Shown: positions 1 through 8,345 of the stretch, one piece after another
How positions within the stretch are numbered: position 1 is the stretch's first letter
Layout of the letters: each line of letters opens with the position of its first letter
DNA from: a virus
Strand: one strand, 5' to 3'
Length of the DNA: 64,000 nucleotides
IMG/VR virus record: IMGVR_UViG_3300045988_135095
The notes under the pieces: generated by a model
The model's database searches: none
The model's input: the letters and a program-made list of their open reading frames with translations, nothing else
Told to the model about the DNA's origin: nothing
Made by a program: the position numbers and the translations under genes

Positions 1-54
1 GGAAAGCGTGTAACCGGCAAAACCGGTTCGGGGGTTCGAATCCCCCTCTTTCCG
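1..54 (+). tRNA. 3' portion of a class-II tRNA, probably tRNA-Ser (truncated by window); attL side of the prophage
   Basis: T-arm GGGGG/TTCGAAT/CCCCC at 30-46. Acceptor 3' strand TCTTTCC at 47-53, discriminator G54, no encoded CCA. Long variable arm AACCGG-CAAAA-CCGGTT at 12-28. G73 plus the long arm favour Ser. The window may open inside the anticodon loop (GGA-AA). Confidence 0.7.
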
Positions 55-125
55 CAGAAAACACTGAAAATTAGGTATTTCCAAAACATCGTATTTTATC
101 CAACTAAGTAGAATCCTGCACATTC

Positions 126-178
126 TTGCACATTTTTGCACATTTTTGCACAATTCTGCTTGCAAATAGCTTGCAAAT
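126..178 (+). repeat. Five tandem TTGCA(C/A)A(T/A)T repeats just upstream of the integrase ATG
   Basis: TTGCACATTT occurs at 126-135 and 136-145, TTGCACAATT at 146-155, and TTGCAAAT at 160-167 and 171-178. They could be int promoter/operator or arm-type sites. Confidence 0.5.
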
Positions 179-1436
179 GATAACAACGAAACTATACTTA
201 GATACAAGAGCGGTCAAGGACGGAGAGCCTGCACCGCTCAAAGTTGCCATTACGAAGAAGCGACAGGCAGCTTATATTCCTCTTGGTGTCAAATTGAAAA
301 AGGAACAATGGGATGTCAAGAAACAAAGAATAGTTGATGCACCAAACAAGCAGAGATTGGAAATATTTGTCAAGAACAAATTGGTAGAGATTGAAAATGC
401 TATATTGGAACTGCAGATGAAGGGAGAACTTACTAAACAGACTTCAACGCAGATAAAGAATAAGGTTGTGGCCTATCTAGACCCTGATGTTAAGAAGAAA
501 GACTTATTTATAAATAGGTATATAGAATATATGAATAGTCGTTCAGCACAAAGGACCAAGGAAATATATGCAACCACTTTGAAGAAGATGCGCGATTTCG
601 ATAGCAAGGTAGATACCTACGCTTTTGAAGATATCTCAAAGGATTGGCTGAAAAGGTTGGATGCCGAGTTGGTAAGACAAGGGTTAAAGAAGAACTCCAG
701 GAATATACATTTCAGAAACATACGTGCCGTTTTCAACGATGCTATCGATAATGAGATAACCAGCCATTATCCGATGAGAACATTCGATATAAATCCGGAA
801 CAGACAGAAAAACGTTCTCTTTCTGTAGATGAACTACGTACCTTATTTAATTATAATGTGCAGCCATGGCAGCAGAAGTACCTGGATTATTTCAAGCTTA
901 CATTCTTCTTGATCGGGATAAACCCTGCCGATATTCTTAATTGTACGGATGAGAATGTTGTAGACGGAAGATTACTGTATAGACGAAAGAAGACGGGAAG
1001 ACTGTATAGCATCAGACTGGAACCGGAAGCTATACAGATAATAAATAGGTATAGAGGAAAGACAAAGCTAGTCAATTTCTCAGAGAACATGAGAAACTAC
1101 AAGCAATTTGTGTGCAAGGCAAACAAGGGACTAAAGGCAATAGGCCCTGTCACTAAAGAAAGGAACGAGAAAAAGAAAGCTCATGATTTTCAGAAGGAAT
1201 ATCATACAAAGCATAATCCTCTGTTTGATCATATCTCTCTGTATTGGGCTAGGCATACGTGGGCAACAATAGCCTTCTCCATAGGAATACCCGAAGAAAT
1301 CATTGCCGAAGCATTGGGACATTCCCATGGAAACAGGACAACAGCTATCTATATTGACAAGAGTGTTGCCAATATAGACGCTGCAAATAGAAAAGTATTG
1401 GATTACGTTCTATATAAGGAGCAACCAAAGGACTAA
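177..1436 (+). CDS. int: Tyrosine recombinase / phage integrase (Bacteroidota type)
   Basis: The C-terminal catalytic region contains ARHTWAT and HSHGNRTTAIY (R..HxxR..Y). It lies next to the tRNA. The ATG is at 177; the track start at 126 is TTG. Confidence 0.9.
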   Translation: MITTKLYLDTRAVKDGEPAPLKVAITKKRQAAYIPLGVKLKKEQWDVKKQRIVDAPNKQRLEIFVKNKLVEIENAILELQMKGELTKQTSTQIKNKVVAYLDPDVKKKDLFINRYIEYMNSRSAQRTKEIYATTLKKMRDFDSKVDTYAFEDISKDWLKRLDAELVRQGLKKNSRNIHFRNIRAVFNDAIDNEITSHYPMRTFDINPEQTEKRSLSVDELRTLFNYNVQPWQQKYLDYFKLTFFLIGINPADILNCTDENVVDGRLLYRRKKTGRLYSIRLEPEAIQIINRYRGKTKLVNFSENMRNYKQFVCKANKGLKAIGPVTKERNEKKKAHDFQKEYHTKHNPLFDHISLYWARHTWATIAFSIGIPEEIIAEALGHSHGNRTTAIYIDKSVANIDAANRKVLDYVLYKEQPKD

Positions 1437-1461
1437 CCCTTGGAAGCTCCTTTCGAACCAA

Positions 1462-2409
1462 TTAAATTATCAGACCATTGGCCTTCATGAAGTTAACCAT
1501 TGCCCTGTTCTGTGGCAAAAGAGCAGGGATATCCATTCTGTTAGCCTTATACAAGTTGGTAGCAGAATTATACATATCCCAGGCAGTTACAAACTCCTTA
1601 TCGTGATAGGCCTCCAGCATATCCTCTGTAAAGAGTGTAATCTGTGACTGATTGAGAGGGTAGGTGATATTCTCACGAATAGACTTTCGTGATGTATCTG
1701 CCTTTACTCTGGTAGCAGTCATCAAACCAATGAGCAAGAACATCTGTTCTGCAGTAATGCGTGTCTCCTTCATCTTGGCAATACGCTCACGATCAGTCTC
1801 GATGATGTGCCGGGCATCGACCAGCCATGACTTTAATGTATCAAGCATTGCTGCCACTTCCATACCGGAACCCTTCTTGCCCTTTTCGGAATAGCTGGAC
1901 ATATACAGTTCTGGAGAGAGCATACACTGATTGTGGCAAATCATCACATTCGGACCGAATCCAATCTGAATACCTTTCTGATGGAAGGCTACGGCCACAT
2001 TAGTAGTAGTCTCATCATTATCAAAATCAGTGATACGAATATTGGCATAAACTCGGCGGAGAATATGCGCCTCTACCGCATGCTGACCTTTGACCGCTTC
2101 CACTTGTGGGAGGCGAACCACTCCAGGCGACTGACGGTCTCTGTTCTGTGCTGCAAACATATCATAAACCTCCACATTGTAGCCGAGCTCTGTACACTCA
2201 TCAATGACCTTATTGAAAAGGTCAAAGTGATAGATGCCACGGAGCGGATTTCCGTAAACATCATCCTCACGGTGTGTGCGACTCAACTGTTCGAGAGTGA
2301 TAGCTTGGGTCTTGGCTTTCTCGAAATCAAAGAACTTGTCTTCATTAACTGAAGAAGGAACTGCTACCATATCTTCGGCAGCCTTACTCAAATTTGTTGC
2401 TGTTGTCAT
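1462..2409 (-). CDS. DUF932-like (phage/plasmid-like) protein
   Basis: 315-aa ORF convergent with int. It resembles the DUF932 family common on Bacteroidota conjugative elements; this is from memory, not a search. The conserved leader TTTTAATTGGTT sits upstream at 2410-2440. Confidence 0.6.
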   Translation of the reverse strand: MTTATNLSKAAEDMVAVPSSVNEDKFFDFEKAKTQAITLEQLSRTHREDDVYGNPLRGIYHFDLFNKVIDECTELGYNVEVYDMFAAQNRDRQSPGVVRLPQVEAVKGQHAVEAHILRRVYANIRITDFDNDETTTNVAVAFHQKGIQIGFGPNVMICHNQCMLSPELYMSSYSEKGKKGSGMEVAAMLDTLKSWLVDARHIIETDRERIAKMKETRITAEQMFLLIGLMTATRVKADTSRKSIRENITYPLNQSQITLFTEDMLEAYHDKEFVTAWDMYNSATNLYKANRMDIPALLPQNRAMVNFMKANGLII

Positions 2410-2437
2410 AATCTTTAATATTTTAATTGGTTACAAA

Positions 2438-2686
2438 TTATTTCAATGGAATGCCTGCTTCTTCAAGAAGCTTGATTCTCTCTTCCTTTGTTGCTTTTGT
2501 CAAGTTTGTCTCTTTGACAAAATTCCCGGCAGAGTCTCTTGTTATAAGAAAAACATAGTCGGCATGATTGATCCAGCCTCTCTGACACTCCTCACGATAG
2601 GCATTGGCCTCCTCGTAAGTCTCAAACCCACTCTTTGTGTCATACATTGAATCATCGCGGGTAACATATAAGCTACTAGTCTTCAT
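2438..2686 (-). CDS. Hypothetical protein
   Basis: 82 aa from the ATG at 2686 (the track start at 2698 is TTG). It overlaps the upstream stop by 11 nt and lies in a co-directional operon. Confidence 0.5.
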   Translation of the reverse strand: MKTSSLYVTRDDSMYDTKSGFETYEEANAYREECQRGWINHADYVFLITRDSAGNFVKETNLTKATKEERIKLLEEAGIPLK

Positions 2687-2990
2687 TTTTAATCTCAATT
2701 ATGTACATTAATTCTTTATCTAACACATCCTTCTCTTGAGAAGGAGAATCATACTTATATACAACTGCGTCATCAAGATACATTCTTACCCAATCCATAA
2801 AAATATCCTGTGATACTGAGTTGTCTGTGATATAGGCTGCCAGGAAGAAACCGTTTCGTTCCTGTGCATCACCTAACCCAACTGCACCAAAATGACTTCT
2901 AAAAGTAGTGCCCTGCAACTCGTCGCATGAGTACTGAATCATCATATTCTTCATCATTTCAAAGAATAATGCTACTTTAATAGCTTTCAT
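2676..2990 (-). CDS. Hypothetical protein
   Basis: 104-aa ORF in a co-directional operon. No motif recognised. Confidence 0.5.
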   Translation of the reverse strand: MKAIKVALFFEMMKNMMIQYSCDELQGTTFRSHFGAVGLGDAQERNGFFLAAYITDNSVSQDIFMDWVRMYLDDAVVYKYDSPSQEKDVLDKELMYIIEIKNED

Positions 2991-3107
2991 ATAAGTGACT
3001 TGACCGTGTTGTCGAGGGCTTATTTTATTAATGTTTCATTGCTAAATCTACTATCGCTACGATAAATAGAAAAATTAATCCGTTTATTAAAAGAATGGTA
3101 CCCATAT

Positions 3108-3335
3108 CTACTTAAAATTAAAGAAGTCCTTAATCTGTTTCTTCTCGTCATCGCTGGCATTCAAGATGTCCTTCACTATGAAATCTGCAAGCGGAGCTAA
3201 TACTGTATTCATAGCATCAATCAGTTCTCCCTGCGCTCCAAGTTTAGAAAGAACGCCTGCATATTCACAAAGAAATTCATGGGACGAAATGAATCCCATT
3301 TCATAATTCTTTTTGATTTCCTTAATTTCTTCCAT
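3108..3335 (-). CDS. Hypothetical protein
   Basis: 75-aa ORF lying directly downstream of promoter/leader cassette copy 1. Confidence 0.6.
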   Translation of the reverse strand: MEEIKEIKKNYEMGFISSHEFLCEYAGVLSKLGAQGELIDAMNTVLAPLADFIVKDILNASDDEKKQIKDFFNFK

Positions 3336-3466
3336 CTTTTTAAGATTTTAATTGGTTCAACATAATCTGTGGTTAGTCAAAATAACCACTCTTTCTATAT
3401 GCAAAGATACAAAAAAAATGTGATATATGCAAATATACCACACTTTATTTTAGTTAAAAATACCAA
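3336..3466 (-). promoter_or_regulatory. Promoter/leader cassette, copy 1 (diverged)
   Basis: On the minus strand it carries TATATTTGCATATA (plus 3430-3437) and TATCTTTGCATATAG (plus 3392-3399). Both match the Bacteroidota -7 box TAnnTTTG. The leader ...GAACCAATTAAAATC.. follows, before the ATG. Confidence 0.65.
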
Positions 3467-3491
3467 ATTTAACTCACTGAGTATCAAAGAG

Positions 3492-3698
3492 TTATACGCT
3501 TTTGTAGATACTGCTTAATGTAATGATTTTTGTAGCTTCGCCGACTTTGTCAATCAGATTGGTTACGGCTTCATCCACTTCGCACAAAGCATTATACACA
3601 TCGTTTGGGATATTTCCTGTCTCCAAATCATTACTACTCATTTTCCAAGTTTGGTTTAGCTGCCTTGCAGCATCCACCATTAATTTAATGTCCGTCAT
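3492..3698 (-). CDS. Hypothetical protein
   Basis: 68-aa ORF, 11 nt downstream of the previous stop. Confidence 0.5.
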   Translation of the reverse strand: MTDIKLMVDAARQLNQTWKMSSNDLETGNIPNDVYNALCEVDEAVTNLIDKVGEATKIITLSSIYKSV

Positions 3699-3709
3699 AT
3701 TTCTAAATT

Positions 3710-4090
3710 TTAAATGAATATCCTACTAACTGCCTGGCAGAGCCATCCCATCATATAGCAAGGCTCTTCGTCTTTCAAGTCAATACCTAGTGATTCGCAG
3801 ATATGAGTGACAACATGAAACATTTCGTGTGTGGCAGTATTCACGAACTCATATTCTGATGTGGTCCTGCTAATAGCAACCACACTCTTTCTACCTGCAA
3901 GATTGGAGTAGGTTAGACCTGTGTTCGGCATTCCTCGTAAGCAATGCTCCCTTGCGCTTTCGACTGCCTTTTCTGTGCAGCCTATCTGCACAAGGGAGTT
4001 GCATACCTCATCGGTATCTGATGATTCCAAACCGTAAAACACAAGAACTTTCCAATCGTACTTTTCTAGATATATCTCTTGACTTATCAT
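3710..4090 (-). CDS. Small putative zinc metallopeptidase (HExxH)
   Basis: 126 aa with the motif TATHEMFHVVTH (HExxH). Its ATG overlaps the upstream stop (ATGA). Confidence 0.6.
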   Translation of the reverse strand: MISQEIYLEKYDWKVLVFYGLESSDTDEVCNSLVQIGCTEKAVESAREHCLRGMPNTGLTYSNLAGRKSVVAISRTTSEYEFVNTATHEMFHVVTHICESLGIDLKDEEPCYMMGWLCQAVSRIFI

Positions 4091-4515
4091 AAAATATCAT
4101 CCCATGGAATGCCGATGCCATTATGGTTGCAATCGGCATAGAATCTGTTAAAGATGAAGCCATCCTTCTGATCGGTATCATCAACCATATCTTTCACGAA
4201 CAAAGCCATGTGAGCTTCGTCCTCGATGGAAGACTTATAGAAATCAGCTTTAACCATGTTTGCCACATAAACATGATCATAGCCTACATTATTTTCAAGC
4301 GTCACTCCCTGCTTGGTAAGGATGGATTCAACCTTCTCCTTATCCATATAGTCAACCTCCTCATCCTTTTTGGTGACTGGGTTGTATTTTCTCATCTGAC
4401 TGACTGCCCATTCGCAAGCCTTCTTGTTGAAGTGCCAGCCATTATATCTCAGATATGCTATCATTCCTTCTGGCTTCATATCGTAAGCATCCAAAGGCAT
4501 TCTACATTTTCCCAT
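4087..4515 (-). CDS. Hypothetical protein
   Basis: 142-aa ORF, first gene after the hairpin at 4532-4557. Confidence 0.6.
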   Translation of the reverse strand: MGKCRMPLDAYDMKPEGMIAYLRYNGWHFNKKACEWAVSQMRKYNPVTKKDEEVDYMDKEKVESILTKQGVTLENNVGYDHVYVANMVKADFYKSSIEDEAHMALFVKDMVDDTDQKDGFIFNRFYADCNHNGIGIPWDDIL

Positions 4516-4531
4516 AGCTCTTTCTTTTAAG

Positions 4532-4557
4532 GGTGGCAGGGAAAAATCCCCACCACC
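4532..4557 (-). terminator. Hairpin after the 4568-4807 gene (weak terminator candidate)
   Basis: GGTGG-CA-GGG / CCC-CA-CCACC stem with an A-rich loop. No clear U-tract follows. Confidence 0.35.
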
Positions 4558-4567
4558 GAATTAAACA

Positions 4568-4807
4568 TTAGTAACGTCCACCACCACGGCGACCATAGTA
4601 GCGTCGCTCTCCATAGCGGTCTTCGTCACGCCAATCTTCATCGTCCCACTTGTCACGATAGTCTGGCATCGGCATACGGTTTCCCATACGCTCGCGCTTC
4701 AGACTATCCAGGCACTTCATAACCTTGCCACCTGCTCGAACCATTTCCTCGCAGTTGTCAACAAGCTCATCGAACTTGTTTTCCGTAATTTCTACCATAT
4801 ATCCCAT
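4568..4807 (-). CDS. Small protein with acidic middle and RG/Y-rich C-terminus
   Basis: 79 aa ending ...RYGERRYYGRRGGGRY. Last gene of the orphan cassette. Confidence 0.55.
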   Translation of the reverse strand: MGYMVEITENKFDELVDNCEEMVRAGGKVMKCLDSLKRERMGNRMPMPDYRDKWDDEDWRDEDRYGERRYYGRRGGGRY

Positions 4808-4812
4808 AGCAA

Positions 4813-5334
4813 TTACTTTTTAAAATTGTTACCGCTCAAAGCCTTAGACAGCATGGATTCAATATTGGATAGCGTTCCCTTCATGCCGCTGACCTCTGAT
4901 TTGAGGTTATTGATGTCTTTTTCCTGCTGCTTTTCCTTAGCAATCTGTGGGTTGATTCTAGTGAGCATTTCCTCGCAGGAGCTTATAACTCCATTGTGGT
5001 AATCTACACTTTCCACGACTCCCTTTGAATGTCGCAACATAGCATCAATCTCTGCGCACATAGCTTCTCTGCTGTCACTGACAACAACACCTTCATTGCC
5101 GAAGTTCACTATCTGTGCCGTAGATGGCAGCTTTTCGAAATTGACCTGCTGGTCCTCTACTTGCACCTTAACATCAACGGTCGTCTCCAATGTCGGAGTC
5201 TGTCCTGGCATATAGCTAGGATATTTCTGCTGAGGATTGCTGACCGATATTACTTGACCGATTTTTAGAGTCGGCTTTTCTCCTCCCTTGTCTAAGATGT
5301 AGAAGAGAGAAGACTGTCTTAGTCCTTGAAACAT
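4813..5334 (-). CDS. Hypothetical protein (coiled-coil C-terminus)
   Basis: 173-aa ORF, 5 nt from the next gene. No motif recognised. Confidence 0.6.
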   Translation of the reverse strand: MFQGLRQSSLFYILDKGGEKPTLKIGQVISVSNPQQKYPSYMPGQTPTLETTVDVKVQVEDQQVNFEKLPSTAQIVNFGNEGVVVSDSREAMCAEIDAMLRHSKGVVESVDYHNGVISSCEEMLTRINPQIAKEKQQEKDINNLKSEVSGMKGTLSNIESMLSKALSGNNFKK

Positions 5335-5390
5335 TTTCTTTCTCTTTTAAAGGGGCAGACTTTTCAGTCTGTCCCATAGTTAATACTCTG

Positions 5391-5837
5391 TTAGCCGCCT
5401 GTAGGCTGCTGAAACCCAAGCAGTCGGATAATACCGCTCTTCTTATTGATGTATGCCAAAGCCTCCGTAGTTTCAGAAACGTTAGCTCCCGTCACTGCCT
5501 TTCCCACATGATCAACAACTGGCACCTTTGTTGTGCCGGAAGTAGTTCCGCTAGTGTTAGCAGTTCCGTTAACAGTGGTCGAACCACTATTTGGAGTTAC
5601 GATTGTAACAGGAAGTGTCGCACTTGCAGCGGCAACTCCTTGATGTATCTTCAAGAGTACAATGCACTCGCAAGGCAAAGCATTGTAGTAGCAAGGATTG
5701 ATACCATAATCTACACTAGCATCTGTGACCTGCTGAGCATTTGTCTTCAGCTCATAGATACCGCCTACATCAATAAGTTTGATTTGGTTTCTCTGACCGA
5801 TTGGAATAAATGGATTGAATGGATATAAAGGGAACAT
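5391..5837 (-). CDS. Hypothetical protein with T/S/G-rich linker
   Basis: 148 aa from the ATG at 5837, which is preceded by AAGGAGGTA (plus 5841-5849). The track start at 5864 is less likely. Confidence 0.6.
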   Translation of the reverse strand: MFPLYPFNPFIPIGQRNQIKLIDVGGIYELKTNAQQVTDASVDYGINPCYYNALPCECIVLLKIHQGVAAASATLPVTIVTPNSGSTTVNGTANTSGTTSGTTKVPVVDHVGKAVTGANVSETTEALAYINKKSGIIRLLGFQQPTGG

Positions 5838-5851
5838 AGTTACCTCCTTTC

Positions 5852-6835
5852 CTAACAACCGCATCCTACAGTTGAACGAGAAGCCGCTACATCACCTGCA
5901 TAAGCTCCCATGGCGGCAGCAGTATAAACGTCCTTGTTGAATACTCCGTACTGAGGGTACTGAACACTGATGGTATTAGGCAACTTGCACTTGATGCCAG
6001 CCACCTCTGCCTGCAGCGCAGCCAAAGCTGCATTTACTGGTGTGATAACCTGTGCCTGATAAGCCTGCAAAGCCTGTGTCTGATGCTCGTTGGAAATCTG
6101 AGCAAGCAGGGCACTATTCTTCTCTCTCAAAGCATCGAGCTTATCCTGCATTGCCTGTGTCTGCATCTGATCCAACTTAGCCAAGACAGACTGATTGTTA
6201 GCATCAGCCTTGTCACGGAGCATCAAAGCATTGGCATTTGCCGTATCATTGATGGCGTGGGTCTGCTGACAGATAGACAACTTGAGGTTGCCATCCATTG
6301 CAGTTATGGCGTTATTGGTCTTGCAGCAGCATTCTGCCAACTGAGTAGCGATGGCATTGTTACCCTGCATGATAGCAGTCAAAATCTGATTAGCATTCAT
6401 GCCCATCTGATTGCCGAGGTTGCAAATCTGATGACCTAAGCCATTGATTGCAGCCATGACTGCGTCACTTGATGTGTTGAGGGCTGTAGCCAAGCTCTGA
6501 ACGTCGAAACCATTGCGCTGAACAGCCTGCATGATAACGGCTGTATTGGCATCATTGTTAAGCATTGGCACAACACCGCCCTGTCCGTTAGAACCCATGC
6601 AGCGATTACCTCCGAAGAACCCCATACCATTATTGCCCATAAGGATGAACAAGAGGAGGATTGCAAAGATGTCTTCACCCCAACCATTTCCGTTTCCACG
6701 GTTGTTCAAGAGTGCAATAAGACCTGGGTCAACACCCTGTCTCTGCATGAGTGCAGGAAGCATAGCCAAGATTCCATTAGAGCCTGTGCCGCTTGTGCCG
6801 CTCTCTGGATTGAACACGTAAGTTTTACTTTCCAT
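5852..6835 (-). CDS. G/N/Q/A-rich membrane-anchored protein, C-terminus ..VGCGC
   Basis: 327 aa. Gly/Asn-rich N-terminal part with one hydrophobic helix (IFAILLLFILMG), a Cys cluster ECCCK, and a long Q/A/L coiled-coil-like C-half. First gene after the TAACTTTG promoter. Confidence 0.65.
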   Translation of the reverse strand: MESKTYVFNPESGTSGTGSNGILAMLPALMQRQGVDPGLIALLNNRGNGNGWGEDIFAILLLFILMGNNGMGFFGGNRCMGSNGQGGVVPMLNNDANTAVIMQAVQRNGFDVQSLATALNTSSDAVMAAINGLGHQICNLGNQMGMNANQILTAIMQGNNAIATQLAECCCKTNNAITAMDGNLKLSICQQTHAINDTANANALMLRDKADANNQSVLAKLDQMQTQAMQDKLDALREKNSALLAQISNEHQTQALQAYQAQVITPVNAALAALQAEVAGIKCKLPNTISVQYPQYGVFNKDVYTAAAMGAYAGDVAASRSTVGCGC

Positions 6836-6894
6836 ATCCCGAATTTTTAATTTAACCTTAATATTTAACTAACACTATTTGTAACGTTACGTGT

Positions 6895-6902
6895 GCAAAG
6901 TT
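6895..6902 (-). promoter_or_regulatory. -7 box TAACTTTG for the 4568-6835 cassette
   Basis: Plus-strand CAAAGTTA equals minus-strand TAACTTTG (TAnnTTTG). It lies ~60 nt upstream of the ATG at 6835 and downstream of the lysis terminator. Confidence 0.5.
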
Positions 6903-7030
6903 AGGAAATAGTATGCAAATAGGCTATAACTCTATCATAGTTTCTGTTAATAGCTCTAAATCAGCAGTTTATGGTGATAGTAGGTAGTATCATTTTTTAT
7001 CCTCTTAGAACGATAGAATTTACTTTGCAA

Positions 7031-7066
7031 ACAAAAAGGGCGACCGCTCATCACGAGTAGTCGCCC
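7031..7066 (-). terminator. Rho-independent terminator of the lysis cassette
   Basis: Minus strand GGGCGAC-(15 nt)-GTCGCCC followed by TTTTTGT. It lies 45 nt after the stop at 7112. Confidence 0.75.
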
Positions 7067-7111
7067 TAGTTATCCAAAAATAAATCTTAAAACCTTAATT
7101 AAACAACTTTT

Positions 7112-7711
7112 CTAAGAACATTTCTTTTTCTTCCTTGATATATATAGTAAGTACATAACTATGAGTATAAAGCAGAACCAAAACATCTGCCCCGTTTTTA
7201 AGAATATCTTCTGCATACTTGACAGAGATTTCTCTTTTATAGAAGGAGCGTCAATCTTATAGAACTGAGAGGTACCAATCTTTGATAAGGAGTCACATCT
7301 TTCTCTGTAATATATAAAGCTATCTTTGTATGCTTTATATGTACTGATGGTATCGAGTAGCATTCTTCGTTCCTTTTCAAATAAATAGTGACTCTCGTAA
7401 TGAAAACGATCTTCACCAATCTTATTCCCTTGCGCATCATATCGGGTTGCTGTGCTATCTTTTACATAGCTGCTATCTTTGGTAGATTTTTCTGTTTCTC
7501 GCTTTTGGATATGTTGCCATTGCTCGAAGGCATAAGACAATCGGGTAGTGAAGAGGGAATCGAACTTTTTTTCACTCTGCTTGTCTGTGATGAAGGTTTG
7601 TGTAGTTACTGCTCTAGGAGTGCTGCACCCTAAGACAGAAACAAGCGCAATACCTACCACTAGGGTGATGGTTGCCCATTTCCAAAATCTTATATCATAC
7701 CATTTCATCAT
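7112..7711 (-). CDS. Unimolecular-spanin-like lipoprotein
   Basis: 199 aa. N-terminal signal peptide with lipobox SVLG|C; C-terminal TM helix MFWFCFILIVMYLLYI followed by RKKKK. Its ATG overlaps the endolysin stop (ATGA). Confidence 0.6.
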   Translation of the reverse strand: MMKWYDIRFWKWATITLVVGIALVSVLGCSTPRAVTTQTFITDKQSEKKFDSLFTTRLSYAFEQWQHIQKRETEKSTKDSSYVKDSTATRYDAQGNKIGEDRFHYESHYLFEKERRMLLDTISTYKAYKDSFIYYRERCDSLSKIGTSQFYKIDAPSIKEKSLSSMQKIFLKTGQMFWFCFILIVMYLLYISRKKKKCS

Positions 7712-8244
7712 TTATTCAATTTTAGATTACCATACGTAATGTAGCTAAGTCTGCGAAGCCATCCTTTAAGAAAACCTTTCTGGTCACCGACAGCAATTCT
7801 CTTTAGATAAGCTTTTCTATCTTTCTTGAAGGCTTCGAATAGTCTTTTTCCATTGGATTTATTAATGGCATACAGCGTCTTATTACCGATAATACCATCT
7901 GCTGTGATACCTAATACAAGTTGCAGATGTTTTACCGCTTTGCAGACTCCGCTATTATAAGCGAAGTCTACTAGCATATTGGCTACGCTCTGATCCTGTA
8001 TTTGGTCTGCCTTGCAAGCATTCCAATAGTTCTGCCTAAAAACTCGATGAAAGTCTTCCTCAGTAAGGCGTTTCACGTCTTCTTCGTTAAGAACACCATC
8101 ACCATTCTTGTCGTACCCGACTCTTCTCCAGGTAGCAAGGGTAATGCCATATTTTGTTGGACCGCCCTTATCTTTCTTGTTATTTGTATATTTGTCCGTT
8201 TCCCAACTGAGGATAAACGGAACGAGTTTACTAGAATCAGCCAT
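7708..8244 (-). CDS. Endolysin, GH108-like lysozyme with PG_binding_3-like C-terminus
   Basis: 178 aa. Contains ..SWETDKY..GGPTKYGIT.. (GH108-type N-domain) and ..FLKGWLRRL.. (PG_binding_3-type). An EF-hand-like loop DKNGDGVLNEED is inserted. Confidence 0.85.
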   Translation of the reverse strand: MADSSKLVPFILSWETDKYTNNKKDKGGPTKYGITLATWRRVGYDKNGDGVLNEEDVKRLTEEDFHRVFRQNYWNACKADQIQDQSVANMLVDFAYNSGVCKAVKHLQLVLGITADGIIGNKTLYAINKSNGKRLFEAFKKDRKAYLKRIAVGDQKGFLKGWLRRLSYITYGNLKLNK

Positions 8245-8246
8245 GT

Positions 8247-8345
8247 TTACTTCTCCTCCTCGCTATAATCATTTCTTTGAATAATGCAGCCAAATACAAT
8301 AATGCTTACTATAATAGCTGCCACCATAATAATCGCTAACATCAT
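8247..8345 (-). CDS. 32-aa single-TM peptide between holin and endolysin (holin partner/antiholin candidate)
   Basis: Sequence MMLAIIMVAAIIVSIIVFGCIIQRNDYSEEEK. Its ATG overlaps the holin stop (ATGA) and its stop lies 2 nt before the endolysin ATG. Confidence 0.45.
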   Translation of the reverse strand: MMLAIIMVAAIIVSIIVFGCIIQRNDYSEEEK

